Numbered from the stretch's first letter, positions 38,241 through 48,450 are shown. The stretch: DNA of 64,000 nucleotides from Candidatus Thorarchaeota archaeon (GCA_046482545.1 JAWOEX010000013.1:32001-96000), one strand, 5' to 3'. A program made the numbers and translations. The notes: generated from the sequence alone by a model not told the origin.

Positions 38241-41156
38241 GTGGTGTCTTTATTGAGTGACTACGCCAACATTGAGACAAAATGGCAGGAACGCTGGGAA
38301 GAAGACGGAATTTTTGAAGCTGACCCCGACCCCTCCAAGCCGAAATTCTTCATGACAGTGCCTTATCCGTATACCAACGGGGCATTGCATATTGGACACG
38401 GTCGAACTTACACTGTAGGCGACCTTATTGCCCGGTACAAGCGGATGCGCGGATACAATGTGTTGTTTCCCATGGCGTCTCACATGACCGGCACCCCGAT
38501 TCTGGGCATGTGTGAGAGAATCAAAGAGGGAGATCCTGATGCTATCGAACAATACAAGCGAGATTTGAGACTCTATTTGGATTCGGAAGAAGAAGTAGAA
38601 GAACAGATTCAGGAGTTCACAGATCCTTGGACCACCGCGAAATTCTTCGCTGATGTGATACACAAGGACTTCAAGCGGTTAGGGTATGGAATAGACTGGC
38701 GACGAAAATTCACCACGGGTGATAATATCTACAATAAATTCGTCTCTTGGCAATATCACAAGCTGATGGATGAAGGCTATATCCGCAAGGGGTCTCATCC
38801 ACTCCTTTACTGTCCGAATTGTGGTAATCCTGTGGGTGAAGATGACCTGCTAGAAGGTGAGACGGCCAAAATCAAAGAATTCACAGCCATCAAGTTTGGA
38901 TTTGAGGATGGCTATCTTGTGCCTGCAACCCTGCGACCAGAGACGGTCTTTGGTGTCACGAATATGTGGATTAATCCGAATGCAACCTATGTCTGGGCGA
39001 AGGTAGATGGCGAGAAGTGGGTTGTATCTAAAGATGCTGCTGAAAAAATGAGACTACAAGATAAGGACATTGAGATAATCAAAACCTTCCCAGGTTCAGA
39101 AATAGTGGGGAAGAACGCGCAAGCAGTTCATGATGACCATGATATTCCAATTCTTCCCGCTGATTTCGTTAATCCAACTAACGCCACCGGTGTTGTGTAT
39201 TCTGTTCCAGGTCACGCTCCTTTCGACTACGTTGCGTTGAAGGATTTGTGGGAGACCCCTTCCAGCTTGGAAGAATATGGGATCAGTGCTGAAGATATCC
39301 GGGCTGTGAAGCCTATCAGCATGATTGAGATAGAGGGTTACAGCAAACTGCCCGCGAAAGATGCCGTTGAGAAACATGGCATAGAATCACAAAAGGAAGC
39401 AGAGCATCTCGAGGAAGTCACTCAAGAGGTATACAAAGCCGAATTCTACGATGGAATCATGAAGGACAACTGTGAGCAGTTCTCAGGTCGCCCTATCAAA
39501 GAAGTAAAAGAAGACGTAATCAACTGGATGAAATCTAACAACAGAGCCGATGCATTCTACGAACCTGACCAACGTCCTGTTGTATGCAAGTGCGGTAGTG
39601 ATGTGCAAGTAGCTGTCCTAGCTGGCCAGTGGTTCCTAGATTATGAGAGCCCTGGGTGGAAAAAGCAGGCTTGGAAAGCTCTGAATGAGATGTGTATCCT
39701 TCCGGAGACTTTCCGTAACCTGTTTGAGGCCACCTTTGACTGGCTTGCTCAACGGCCCTGCGCCAGAAAGCGGGGGATAGGAACTGAACTACCCTTCGAT
39801 GATGAATGGATTATCGAGGCTTTGTCTGACTCTACCATCTATATGGCATTCTATACCATTGTCAATACTATCAAAGAGGAATCTCTCGATGCAGAACAAT
39901 TGACGGTGGGCTTTTTTGACTATGTCTACCTTGGTGAAGGTGACAAGAATGAGATATCCGAGGAAACTGGCGTTCCGGTGCACTTAATGGATGAGATGCG
40001 TGAAGAGTTCCTGTACTGGTATCCAAATGATCAGCGTCACACAGCTCCCTCCCATATTTCTAATCACCTGAGTTTTGCGATTTTCCATCATGTAGCGATA
40101 TTCCCGGAGAAGCATTGGCTTCAATGTATCAGTCTGAATGAACACGTGATCATGGAAGGCTCCAAGATGTCCAAGAGCAAGGGGAATGTCATACCACTGG
40201 TTGAGATTCCAAAGAAATACGGTGCAGATGTATATCGTATTTATGCGATTTCTGCAGCCGAACCTGGAAGTCTGATGGACTGGCGAGAAAGTGATGTTCC
40301 CGCTGTTAAGAACAGACTACGACAATTTCAGGACATAATAGACCGCTTTGGAGGTAGGGGAGCTGTTGAATTTGAGACTACAGAGGATTTGACTACCCCC
40401 ACCCGGTGGCTCCTTTCAAAGGTCAATTCTGCTGTTGCAAATTGCGGAGAATACATCGACAGCTTGAAGCTGAGAGATTATGCTATTCATGTAACATCAG
40501 ATATGATTCGTACCGTTAATGAGTATCTGAATCGCTCGGAGGTACCTACTGAGGAACGGAACAAAGCAATGGAGTACGTAGCTGATCTCTGGGTCCGATT
40601 GATTGCTCCACTGGCTCCTCACGCGGCGGAAGAGATGTGGGAAAAAATGGGTCATGATGATTACGTATCGCTTGCTCTATGGCCAGAAGCGGATAACAAT
40701 CTCATCGATTCATTGGCGGAACAAGCTCACGGAATAGTCAAGCGAGCCATTGATGATGTCAAGGAAATCATGAAACTACTGAAGGATGAAACTCCAGAAC
40801 AGGTTCATCTTTACGTTTCCCCGCAGTGGAAGTTTGATGCTCTTGATAGCGTAGAGAAGGCCGACCTGCCAATTGTTACCGGCAAAATCATGGGACATTT
40901 GATGTCACAAGATCAGTTCCGAAAACACGGTGGGGACGTCAAGAAGCTCGTGGACCGAATCGTAAAAGAGAATGGTTTGTGGGACTATTCCCCTAGTGCT
41001 GAGCAAGAGCTAGCTGTATTCAAAGATACTGAAGATTACATGAGCGCCGCTTTGGACCTAGAAGTTCAGGTCTATGATGCAGGAAATCCTGATTATGACC
41101 CGAAAGGGAAGGCGGAATACGCATTGCCCGGTCGTCCCTCCCTTTACCTAGAATAA
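38241..41156 (+). CDS. leuS: leucyl-tRNA synthetase (archaeal/eukaryal type)
   Basis: PYPYTNGALHIGH, ATLRPET, KMSKS. Confidence 0.97.
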   Translation: MVSLLSDYANIETKWQERWEEDGIFEADPDPSKPKFFMTVPYPYTNGALHIGHGRTYTVGDLIARYKRMRGYNVLFPMASHMTGTPILGMCERIKEGDPDAIEQYKRDLRLYLDSEEEVEEQIQEFTDPWTTAKFFADVIHKDFKRLGYGIDWRRKFTTGDNIYNKFVSWQYHKLMDEGYIRKGSHPLLYCPNCGNPVGEDDLLEGETAKIKEFTAIKFGFEDGYLVPATLRPETVFGVTNMWINPNATYVWAKVDGEKWVVSKDAAEKMRLQDKDIEIIKTFPGSEIVGKNAQAVHDDHDIPILPADFVNPTNATGVVYSVPGHAPFDYVALKDLWETPSSLEEYGISAEDIRAVKPISMIEIEGYSKLPAKDAVEKHGIESQKEAEHLEEVTQEVYKAEFYDGIMKDNCEQFSGRPIKEVKEDVINWMKSNNRADAFYEPDQRPVVCKCGSDVQVAVLAGQWFLDYESPGWKKQAWKALNEMCILPETFRNLFEATFDWLAQRPCARKRGIGTELPFDDEWIIEALSDSTIYMAFYTIVNTIKEESLDAEQLTVGFFDYVYLGEGDKNEISEETGVPVHLMDEMREEFLYWYPNDQRHTAPSHISNHLSFAIFHHVAIFPEKHWLQCISLNEHVIMEGSKMSKSKGNVIPLVEIPKKYGADVYRIYAISAAEPGSLMDWRESDVPAVKNRLRQFQDIIDRFGGRGAVEFETTEDLTTPTRWLLSKVNSAVANCGEYIDSLKLRDYAIHVTSDMIRTVNEYLNRSEVPTEERNKAMEYVADLWVRLIAPLAPHAAEEMWEKMGHDDYVSLALWPEADNNLIDSLAEQAHGIVKRAIDDVKEIMKLLKDETPEQVHLYVSPQWKFDALDSVEKADLPIVTGKIMGHLMSQDQFRKHGGDVKKLVDRIVKENGLWDYSPSAEQELAVFKDTEDYMSAALDLEVQVYDAGNPDYDPKGKAEYALPGRPSLYLE

Positions 41157-41289
41157 CATTGGTTTATCGCGAACATACCAAAGTAGACAGCTCAGCCACT
41201 TTGGAGATGAATACAGCTTCTACAGTACTATCTTCAATTACCCCATGTCTTCGAAAAAATCCATATCACCCGTATATTTTTATGGGACT

Positions 41290-41306
41290 ATTAACTATAG
41301 TAAATT
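41290..41306. promoter_or_regulatory. second copy of palindromic operator candidate
   Basis: ATTAACTATAGTAAATT, 12 nt upstream of the hemerythrin start. Confidence 0.6.
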
Positions 41307-41318
41307 GAGGTAAATGAA

Positions 41319-41864
41319 TTGGTTCAACCTATTGGTCCGCTGATGATAGAACATAGGCTAATCGAACGGATGATTTCAGCGATGAGAAAGGAGAGCAGAC
41401 GACTCGATCAGGGCGAGGAACCCAATCTGTCTTTCATAGATACAGCTGTAGATTTTGTTCAAACGTACGCAGATGCATGTCATCATGGAAAGGAAGAAGA
41501 TATTCTATTCAGGGCATTGGAATCAGTAGCAATGGATGCGGACGATGAGAAGATCAAGAATGAACTCATTGAGGAACATGAGTGGGCAAGGAAAAAGACC
41601 TCCAGTTTGGTCAAAGCAAAGGAAGATTATCTGAACGGGGATAAGAATGCCCCTTCTCGGATGATTACAATTATGGAGGAACTGGTTGATTTCTACCCGA
41701 AGCATATAGAAAAAGAGGACAAGGATTTCTTCCGAGCTGCTATGAAATATCTCGACACGGACCATCAGGAGGAGATACTAGAAGAAGAGTACGAATTCGA
41801 CAGGAAATTCACACATATGCTTTACAAAGACATAGTCTCAGATATCGAGGAGCACTATAAGTAA
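41319..41864 (+). CDS. hemerythrin domain protein
   Basis: EHR, HHGKEE, EEHE, HIEKED motifs. Confidence 0.92.
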   Translation: MVQPIGPLMIEHRLIERMISAMRKESRRLDQGEEPNLSFIDTAVDFVQTYADACHHGKEEDILFRALESVAMDADDEKIKNELIEEHEWARKKTSSLVKAKEDYLNGDKNAPSRMITIMEELVDFYPKHIEKEDKDFFRAAMKYLDTDHQEEILEEEYEFDRKFTHMLYKDIVSDIEEHYK

Positions 41865-41955
41865 TCAATAGGATTACTGACGCCGGCAAAATGAAAGGGG
41901 CGATTCTATCTAGAATATCCTCCTTACCCCTTCCATCTCTCTTGTCAACTTCAGC

Positions 41956-43152
41956 TCAGTCCAAGAGCCGCTTTTGACCTTCTATTTCTTTGACTTTCGT
42001 GATATCTTGGGTTACCTCCAAACAACCCAAGTACTCATCACTCGCGTTTCTCACGGCAAAATACCTAATGTATATGAGTCGCTCTCCAAGATTGATCCAG
42101 AATTTCGCTGAGTCGCGTTCGTTGTTCTTGAAGTCCTCCAGTATCTTGTTAACAACATGAACGCTTTTCTTCGGATGACAGTTCTGTACTTCACGTCCAA
42201 TTACGGCTTTTGATCGTACGAATATTCTCTCTCCTGATTCACTGAAGAAACGGACACGATCATCTTTATCGACAAACGTAATGTCAACCGGCAAAGAATT
42301 GAATATGCCTTGAATTTCTCCGAAAGTAAGGTTACCAGTTTCGAATTTAACCATTCCTTCCGGCGCTTTGGGTTCTTTTTCCACGGTAGGCTTCGGAGCT
42401 GTATAGTCTTCCACTTCCGGAGTGAAGCAGCAATAGCCTATCTCATCGAATTCAGTTCGGATTTCATGCCATTCTGTATCCTCCATAATCTCCATGGCTG
42501 TTGGAAAAAGAATGTTGTTTTCTTTGTCGAAATGCCCTCTAACAAATTCCGACAGTTCATCGCTCAACTCCTTGATTCTATCGCTATTATCAAGCAAGAC
42601 TTGTCGATTCTCAGACACTAGGCCGAAGAGTTCCTTTTCCAAGTCTCGTATATGGTCGTGTTCACTCCACATGATGGCGGGAGGTTCCTTTACACCATGT
42701 TTCTCAAGATATGGAAACAGAACATTTTCTTCTCTGAGGTAGTGCTTCTCCGAATCCTCAAGATGGTGTATCATGTGTAGAAATTCAGACATTTCCTCTT
42801 CGTTAATTGTTCCCTGCACCAATGAGCTTCCAAGATCACCCATCTTAGATAATGTCTCGAGCACCTGTCTATGTTCCTCCATCAGTATGTTGATGGGATG
42901 TCCCGAAGGTGCTAATTCTCTATCCGAATCCAGGGATTCTTTGAAGAGTTCGAGATGTATGTCACAGAGTTTCTGAATTCTTTCTCTAGGTAATCCTTCT
43001 TGAATAAGCTCCTCTTCTGCCATTGCAATCTCTCTGGGTGTGGCCTTTTGCAATAAATCTGAAAACTCAGCCTTTACATCTTCAGGATCATCCCCTTCGT
43101 GCAGTCGTTTGATGACCTTCCCCAGTGTTTTCTTTTTGTCACTTTGTTTCAT
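41956..43152 (-). CDS. DUF438 + hemerythrin + PAS domain protein
   Basis: KLCDIH, HYLREENVLFP, NCHP, YLGCLEVTQDI. Confidence 0.9.
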   Translation of the reverse strand: MKQSDKKKTLGKVIKRLHEGDDPEDVKAEFSDLLQKATPREIAMAEEELIQEGLPRERIQKLCDIHLELFKESLDSDRELAPSGHPINILMEEHRQVLETLSKMGDLGSSLVQGTINEEEMSEFLHMIHHLEDSEKHYLREENVLFPYLEKHGVKEPPAIMWSEHDHIRDLEKELFGLVSENRQVLLDNSDRIKELSDELSEFVRGHFDKENNILFPTAMEIMEDTEWHEIRTEFDEIGYCCFTPEVEDYTAPKPTVEKEPKAPEGMVKFETGNLTFGEIQGIFNSLPVDITFVDKDDRVRFFSESGERIFVRSKAVIGREVQNCHPKKSVHVVNKILEDFKNNERDSAKFWINLGERLIYIRYFAVRNASDEYLGCLEVTQDITKVKEIEGQKRLLD

Positions 43153-43288
43153 AATTTCACCGGGGTGCCAATCTCCTACACTATAATAAGTATAGTAGTT
43201 TCCAAATGTATAGTAAGGTCTATTAGCGACCGTTCCAACATGCTAGTAGATGGTTTGGCAAAAACCCGGGATCAGGGATTGATAGAGA

Positions 43289-43696
43289 TTGCCCCAAAGG
43301 TCACAAGCAGACGTTGAGAAATGTCCCGTATTCATAGCTTCTCGAATCTTAGGAAGAAAGTGGGCAATTGTGATACTCCAAGAGCTCTTGACTCCGGAGG
43401 CCCGTGACGGTCTTCGGTTTAGTGAAATCCAGCGGAGAGTAGAGTGGATTACTCCTAAAGTTCTTACTACACGGCTAAGACAATTTGAGGATGAAGGCAT
43501 AGTTCATCGAGAGGTTGATGCATCCAGTATTCCCCCGAAGGTCTCATACTCACTAACAGAAAAGGGGCAGGGGCTTAGAGAGACAGTCCTCAGTATGCAA
43601 GCTTGGGGGCAAGAATTCGGCAAAAATGCAGTTGTCGAATGCACAGGAAGAGGATTTGCGGATTGTCACGAATGTGGAACGAGAAAAGATGACTGA
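43289..43696 (+). CDS. HxlR-family transcriptional regulator
   Basis: CPV...GRKW, RFSEI, PPKVSYSLT.KG. Confidence 0.92.
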   Translation: MPQRSQADVEKCPVFIASRILGRKWAIVILQELLTPEARDGLRFSEIQRRVEWITPKVLTTRLRQFEDEGIVHREVDASSIPPKVSYSLTEKGQGLRETVLSMQAWGQEFGKNAVVECTGRGFADCHECGTRKDD

Positions 43697-43722
43697 TATC
43701 TGACCATTCGTGATACTAACCT

Positions 43723-45357
43723 CTAATCCAGAATGTTCTCTTCTTGAGTTAGTAGTATGTCAAGAGCTATATTATCCGCATGGTCACTGATTCTCTCAAG
43801 GTTGCGTAATGTTTCAACATAGACAGTATCAGCTTCTGCCCGACATATGCCCTGAGATATCCGCTCATTGTGAGCGTTCCTAAGCCTCTTCTCTAATATG
43901 TCCACCTCGTCCTCCATTTCTATAGTGTTTCTTGCAACAGTTGTATTCTTCGTCTCTAGAGCTTTGATGCCCTGCCGATAGGTCTGGGCAACCAATTGAA
44001 ACATACCGCGAATATCGTCAATGGCCTGCTCTGAAAAAGAGATACTATTGCTCATTCGTTCAAGTGCAAACTCGCCGATGTTTTCACAAAGGTCTCCTAC
44101 CCTCTCTATATCGGTAAGCATTGCTAACAATTTCATTCTCCAGATGGCATCCTCTTCGCTGAGCTCTTCTTCATGTATCTTGTCGAGGAATTCCTCGGTA
44201 GATCTACACCTCTCATCGACATCCTTTTCCATCAGCAAAACTTGTTTTGCATCGTCGTGATTCCTTTCAAGAAGCGCACTTTGTCCAAGCACTATCATTT
44301 CACCAGTGGCTTCAGCGATTCTGTGCACTTCCCTTTCTGCTTCTCGAAGGGCGGCCTGAGGCATATTCAGCATTTCATCATCGAAGTAATGACGGCCGAT
44401 TATCTCACCTTCCTTATCTGGAATCAATCGCTCACAGAGTCTGACTAGAAGTCCGACAAAAGGCACGAAGATTAGGCTGACTAGAATATTGAAGATTGTG
44501 TGTGCATTTGCGATTTGCCTTGGTAGACTCGTTGCAGTAGTAGCCACCAAATGTGTAAAGGGCCTGATAAACGGAAAGAAAATAGCTACCCCAATCACGT
44601 TTATCAGGGCTTGGGCAACAGCAGTTCGCTTTGCAGGTGTTGTAGCACCAATTCCAGCAATCAGCTCAAGGAAACAGGTTCCAATATTCGCTCCCATCAT
44701 TAAAGCTACGCCCATATCAAGCCCTATCAATCCTGCCGCTCCAAGGGCGATAGCAAGACTTGTAGTTGCGGAGCTGCTCTGAGTTGTTCCAGCTATTGCT
44801 GTACCTATGAGAATGCCCACAATTGGGACTGTACTATACGCATTAATCGCGTCCACAAAGAAACTGTTTTCAGGATTCTCAAGGATTGATTTCGCTCCGT
44901 TTTTCATAAATTCCATTGAAAGAAAAATGAGTCCGAGACTGAAAATCACTTTGAATATATGCTTTGATTTATCGCCAGGAGATAACGCCATTCCAAAGAA
45001 GCCAATGGCAAGCAACGGCCAGTAGAGAAAACCGATATCAAAAGAGACAATCTGGGCGGTCAATGTTGTCCCGATTTCTGAGCCCAGCATGACATTCACT
45101 GCCTGTCGAAATGACATCATTCCTGCATTGACGAAACCAATCAGAGTAAGAGCGGTAACGCTAGAGCTCTGTGTCATGAATGTCGTAGCTGCACCTGTTC
45201 CCATTCCTCTAATTGGGTCGTTGCTTACTTTCTCTAGAATACTCGCAACTCTCTTCCCGGATAGCTTTCCCAGAGTTTCCCGGAGCAAGGTAATTGAAAA
45301 CATAAACGTCGCGAGACCACCAAGTATGATAAGCAGATTTTCGATGAGGGTTGACAT
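43723..45357 (-). CDS. Na+/Pi cotransporter family protein with PhoU domains
   Basis: Two QSSS motifs, GANIGT, DIERVGD, NLERISDH. Confidence 0.93.
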   Translation of the reverse strand: MSTLIENLLIILGGLATFMFSITLLRETLGKLSGKRVASILEKVSNDPIRGMGTGAATTFMTQSSSVTALTLIGFVNAGMMSFRQAVNVMLGSEIGTTLTAQIVSFDIGFLYWPLLAIGFFGMALSPGDKSKHIFKVIFSLGLIFLSMEFMKNGAKSILENPENSFFVDAINAYSTVPIVGILIGTAIAGTTQSSSATTSLAIALGAAGLIGLDMGVALMMGANIGTCFLELIAGIGATTPAKRTAVAQALINVIGVAIFFPFIRPFTHLVATTATSLPRQIANAHTIFNILVSLIFVPFVGLLVRLCERLIPDKEGEIIGRHYFDDEMLNMPQAALREAEREVHRIAEATGEMIVLGQSALLERNHDDAKQVLLMEKDVDERCRSTEEFLDKIHEEELSEEDAIWRMKLLAMLTDIERVGDLCENIGEFALERMSNSISFSEQAIDDIRGMFQLVAQTYRQGIKALETKNTTVARNTIEMEDEVDILEKRLRNAHNERISQGICRAEADTVYVETLRNLERISDHADNIALDILLTQEENILD

Positions 45358-45709
45358 TCTGTTTGACTCAGCTATGCCTCCGGTATATGAAGGTTCTCTC
45401 GGTTTTTATATGGAGATGCAATCAATTTTCAAGCTCTTGGGAGAATAAGTACAATTTCCCGTTGCCTGAGTTCAAGGTGGTTGAACAGCGTTCGGCCACC
45501 AAACTCAAGCATACTTTCGTGAACGATGGTTTCTACTCTCTACAGGGAATTTGTAGGCATCGCTCCATAGGAAATGAAGAAAAAATAGTAACTATTGAAT
45601 ACACTCAAGCCCTGCACAATCAAAGAAATTACTTCTCTGACAACTTATGCAGCCTCTTTCGTAATGCTTGCTACAAGAGACTCCACCAGCGAACCCTTGC
45701 AAGGCTCGT

Positions 45710-45745
45710 CGGGTTGGGTCCACACGTTTACGACCCGACCGTCAT
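45710..45745 (-). promoter_or_regulatory. eukaryote-type SECIS element
   Basis: Minus strand AUGA-C-GGUCGGGUC-GUAAACGUGUG-GACCCAACC-C-GA: UGA/GA quartet, 9-bp helix with one mismatch, AAA in the loop; downstream of an in-frame UGA. Confidence 0.8.
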
Positions 45746-45894
45746 CCGCCGCTGGTCTGGAGTTCCTTTCTGGCTAATTCGCGACCCTCATCGTCAACAA
45801 TGACTAAGTGAGCGCCGCATGATAGTCAGCAGTCATAGCACCGCACAACCATCTCGAGGAGGTTGAGCAGGCCTTGATCGATTTCGTCTGTCAT
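45742..45894 (-). CDS. vhuU: [NiFeSe]-hydrogenase small Ni-ligand subunit VhuU, selenoprotein (Sec23, UGA at 45826-45828); absent from ORF track
   Basis: MTDEIDQGLLNLLEMVVRCYDCULSCGAHLVIVDDEGRELARKELQTSGG matches the VhuU RxYD(P)UxSCxxH motif; GGTGA RBS; downstream SECIS. Confidence 0.9.
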
Positions 45895-45909
45895 TGTATC
45901 ACCATATTA

Positions 45910-46060
45910 TGACCTGTTTCTTGCAGTTGAATGAGCTCGTGACTGCATAAAACTTCTGTGTTTCACCCTTCTCCTGCCCAGTGTCACCATCATGCCGAAG
46001 TGCCAACCTCAGTTGAATAAAGGCTTTGTCCACATTCCCGGGAATGCTGTTCGTTCTGCA
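45910..46060 (-). mobile_element. truncated element (copy E) abutting the vhuU RBS
   Basis: TGACCTGTTTCTTGCAGTTG...AAACTTCTGTG...GGCTTTGTCC shared with copy C. Confidence 0.85.
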
Positions 46061-46161
46061 AGATTGTAGCTGACTGTTATTACCATCTTCTTTTCTTTCT
46101 TCCGAAGATAGACAACTGGGATGGCGACTAAAGAAGACAACACTTTATATGTTTCGAGACT

Positions 46162-46443
46162 ATGCTTCTTGCGTTAGGATACCAGCATTATGAAGGGATT
46201 GTTATGATAGTCGCTTTCGTTATGGCCAAGGTTGAATCAGCAAAAACACGTAGTGTGCTTGAAAGTGTGAAGAAATTCGAACAGGTTCAAGAGGCCTATG
46301 TCATTTATGGGGCCTACGATCTCATCATCCAAGGCCAGTTCGAATCACCCGAAGCGCTCAGTTCATTTGTTGTGGATGAACTCCGTAAGATTGATGGTGT
46401 GAAAGATACAGTCACCAACGTTGCGGCCTCTTCTGCATCCTAA
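46162..46443 (+). CDS. Lrp/AsnC ligand-binding-domain-only protein
   Basis: AFVM...YGAYDLI...LRKIDGV..TVT; likely start ATG 46204. Confidence 0.88.
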   Translation: MLLALGYQHYEGIVMIVAFVMAKVESAKTRSVLESVKKFEQVQEAYVIYGAYDLIIQGQFESPEALSSFVVDELRKIDGVKDTVTNVAASSAS

Positions 46444-46563
46444 TACTGGGAATATTCCATAAAGACTGGAGAATCCCTTCAGCTAGAACAGATGAGCCTA
46501 GATTTCAAGAACTTGTATTGCTCCTATGAGACTCATTACCATCTCGTTTGAGAGCAACGACTG

Positions 46564-48450
46564 CTACCAGAGACCTGTTTTCTCCATTTCCTCTTCAAGA
46601 GACAGGCGCTTTAGTGTCTCCTTGGTAGGGAGCCCAGTCTCAGGATTCCAGCCTCTTTCGTGATAATACTCCTCGAGCATATCGTCTAATTCCACAGTTT
46701 GCCCTTTCGACGGACCGGTAGGTGCTGCTTGCTCTGTGAGCCTCTTGGGAAGATTATCATCTGCTCTTCTTATCCCCCGCACGGCATTGAACAGACGATT
46801 GACATTGACTATCCTTTCTCCTATCTCTTTCAAATCATCAACTGAGAGATTCAGTCCGTTGTGAATCCGCAGAGCTTTCGTGATATCGTCATAGAAGAAT
46901 TCTGGCGGTATTTGTGTCCCATATTTGCAGAGGCCTACGCTTTCGACAACGACCATGTAGTCCTCGCACTCTTTGACCATGATGCCTTTGTACTTTGGAT
47001 TGAGTCTATCAGTCATTTCGGGCAGATACTCTTCACCGAAACGTTCTCTGATTTCATCATCGAATCCGGCCTCATCAAGCACAGGGAATGCGTACAGATG
47101 GTCCGCTCCCCTTGCTGCAGTAGCAGCTGCTAAACCCATGGATTTCTGTGCTCGTGGTTCCTGTCCAGCTATTTCCTGTCTCTTAACAGCCATAACAAAT
47201 TTCTCGGTTTCTCTACCAACCTTTTCAGCAGCCTTAGCGCTTCCTTCGGCCAACACATCACCAAATCCTTCTCTATGGGCTATCATCTCTATGAGCCTGA
47301 TTATGGCTTCATGATTGCCCCACGAAAGGTCGATACCTCCTGTGTCTTCTTCTGTTAGCAAACCTTCATCCCATACTTCCATTGCCCATGAGATAGTACC
47401 ACCAAGAGATATTGTGTCCATACCGTATTTGTTAGCAAGGTGATGCCCGAAAAGAACTGACTCTACATTTTCATTTCCACATCTGGATCCCAGCGATGAT
47501 TGGGTCTCAAATTCAGGAGAGCCTCCAGCGAATTTGTATCCCCCTTCCCGAACTGCAGTCACCCGGCCACACCGCTGCAGACAACACCAATCTGCCCTCG
47601 CCTTTACCAGATAGTCATCGTAGATTGTCTGTCCGCTTATCTTTTTGTATCCGTCAAATACACCCTGACGGAAATTGTAGGTTGGCAACCGCCCGATCTC
47701 TTGCATCATCTCGATAAGATTAGTTGTGCCGTACTTTGCACGTTCTGGAGTGAAGGGGTTATCGAGCATTCTTTGATGGAACCGATCCATTTCATCGAGG
47801 TAATTCTCTGGATCTGCCACATCGATTTTGCCTGTTCCTCGCACACTGATTGCTTTGATTTTCTTGAAACCCATCACTGCTCCAAGACCTGATCTGGCTG
47901 ATGCTCGGTCTCTGTCATTCATGATGGCAGCGAACCGAACGAGGTTTTCGCCTGCCGGTCCGATTGACAGTGTCTTGCAGTCCTTTCCGTGTTTTTTATG
48001 AAGCCATTCATCGGTTTCGAAGACGTCCTTACCCCAAATTGGCTTTGCATCAACGAGTGCAACATCATCATCCCGAATGCTGAGGTAAACTGGGTCTGGA
48101 GAGGCACCTGTGAAAATGATGGCATCGTATCCTGCTAATTTCAGCTCTGGACCCCAGAATCCAGCTGCATGGCTTTCACCCCAAATTCCTGTAAGAGGCG
48201 ACTGAGCCGCAACGACGTGCCTTGATGACTGTGGGAACATTGATCCTGTCAAAAGGCCAGTGGCTATCCCCAGTATGTTTTCCGAAGAAAGAGGGTCCGC
48301 ATCAACCGGGATGCGGTCAAACAGTACCTTTGAGAGAAAACCAGCTCCGAAGAGGAATTTTTTGACCATCTTTTCGTCAATCGGGCGAGCATCGACTTCC
48401 TGTTCAGTAAGGTCAATCCACAGTACTTTTCCACCTACACCCTTTATCAT
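46564..48450 (-). CDS. tungsten-dependent aldehyde:ferredoxin oxidoreductase family protein
   Basis: SPLTG, IGPAGE, GAVMG.K, PEFET, GMDTIS, RGADH. Confidence 0.93.
   Translation of the reverse strand: MIKGVGGKVLWIDLTEQEVDARPIDEKMVKKFLFGAGFLSKVLFDRIPVDADPLSSENILGIATGLLTGSMFPQSSRHVVAAQSPLTGIWGESHAAGFWGPELKLAGYDAIIFTGASPDPVYLSIRDDDVALVDAKPIWGKDVFETDEWLHKKHGKDCKTLSIGPAGENLVRFAAIMNDRDRASARSGLGAVMGFKKIKAISVRGTGKIDVADPENYLDEMDRFHQRMLDNPFTPERAKYGTTNLIEMMQEIGRLPTYNFRQGVFDGYKKISGQTIYDDYLVKARADWCCLQRCGRVTAVREGGYKFAGGSPEFETQSSLGSRCGNENVESVLFGHHLANKYGMDTISLGGTISWAMEVWDEGLLTEEDTGGIDLSWGNHEAIIRLIEMIAHREGFGDVLAEGSAKAAEKVGRETEKFVMAVKRQEIAGQEPRAQKSMGLAAATAARGADHLYAFPVLDEAGFDDEIRERFGEEYLPEMTDRLNPKYKGIMVKECEDYMVVVESVGLCKYGTQIPPEFFYDDITKALRIHNGLNLSVDDLKEIGERIVNVNRLFNAVRGIRRADDNLPKRLTEQAAPTGPSKGQTVELDDMLEEYYHERGWNPETGLPTKETLKRLSLEEEMEKTGLW

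Noticed and set aside
45351-45803. 150-aa plus-strand ORF (and 45595-45777)
   Set aside because: No family features. It overlaps antisense the vhuU 3' end and SECIS, which explain the region better.
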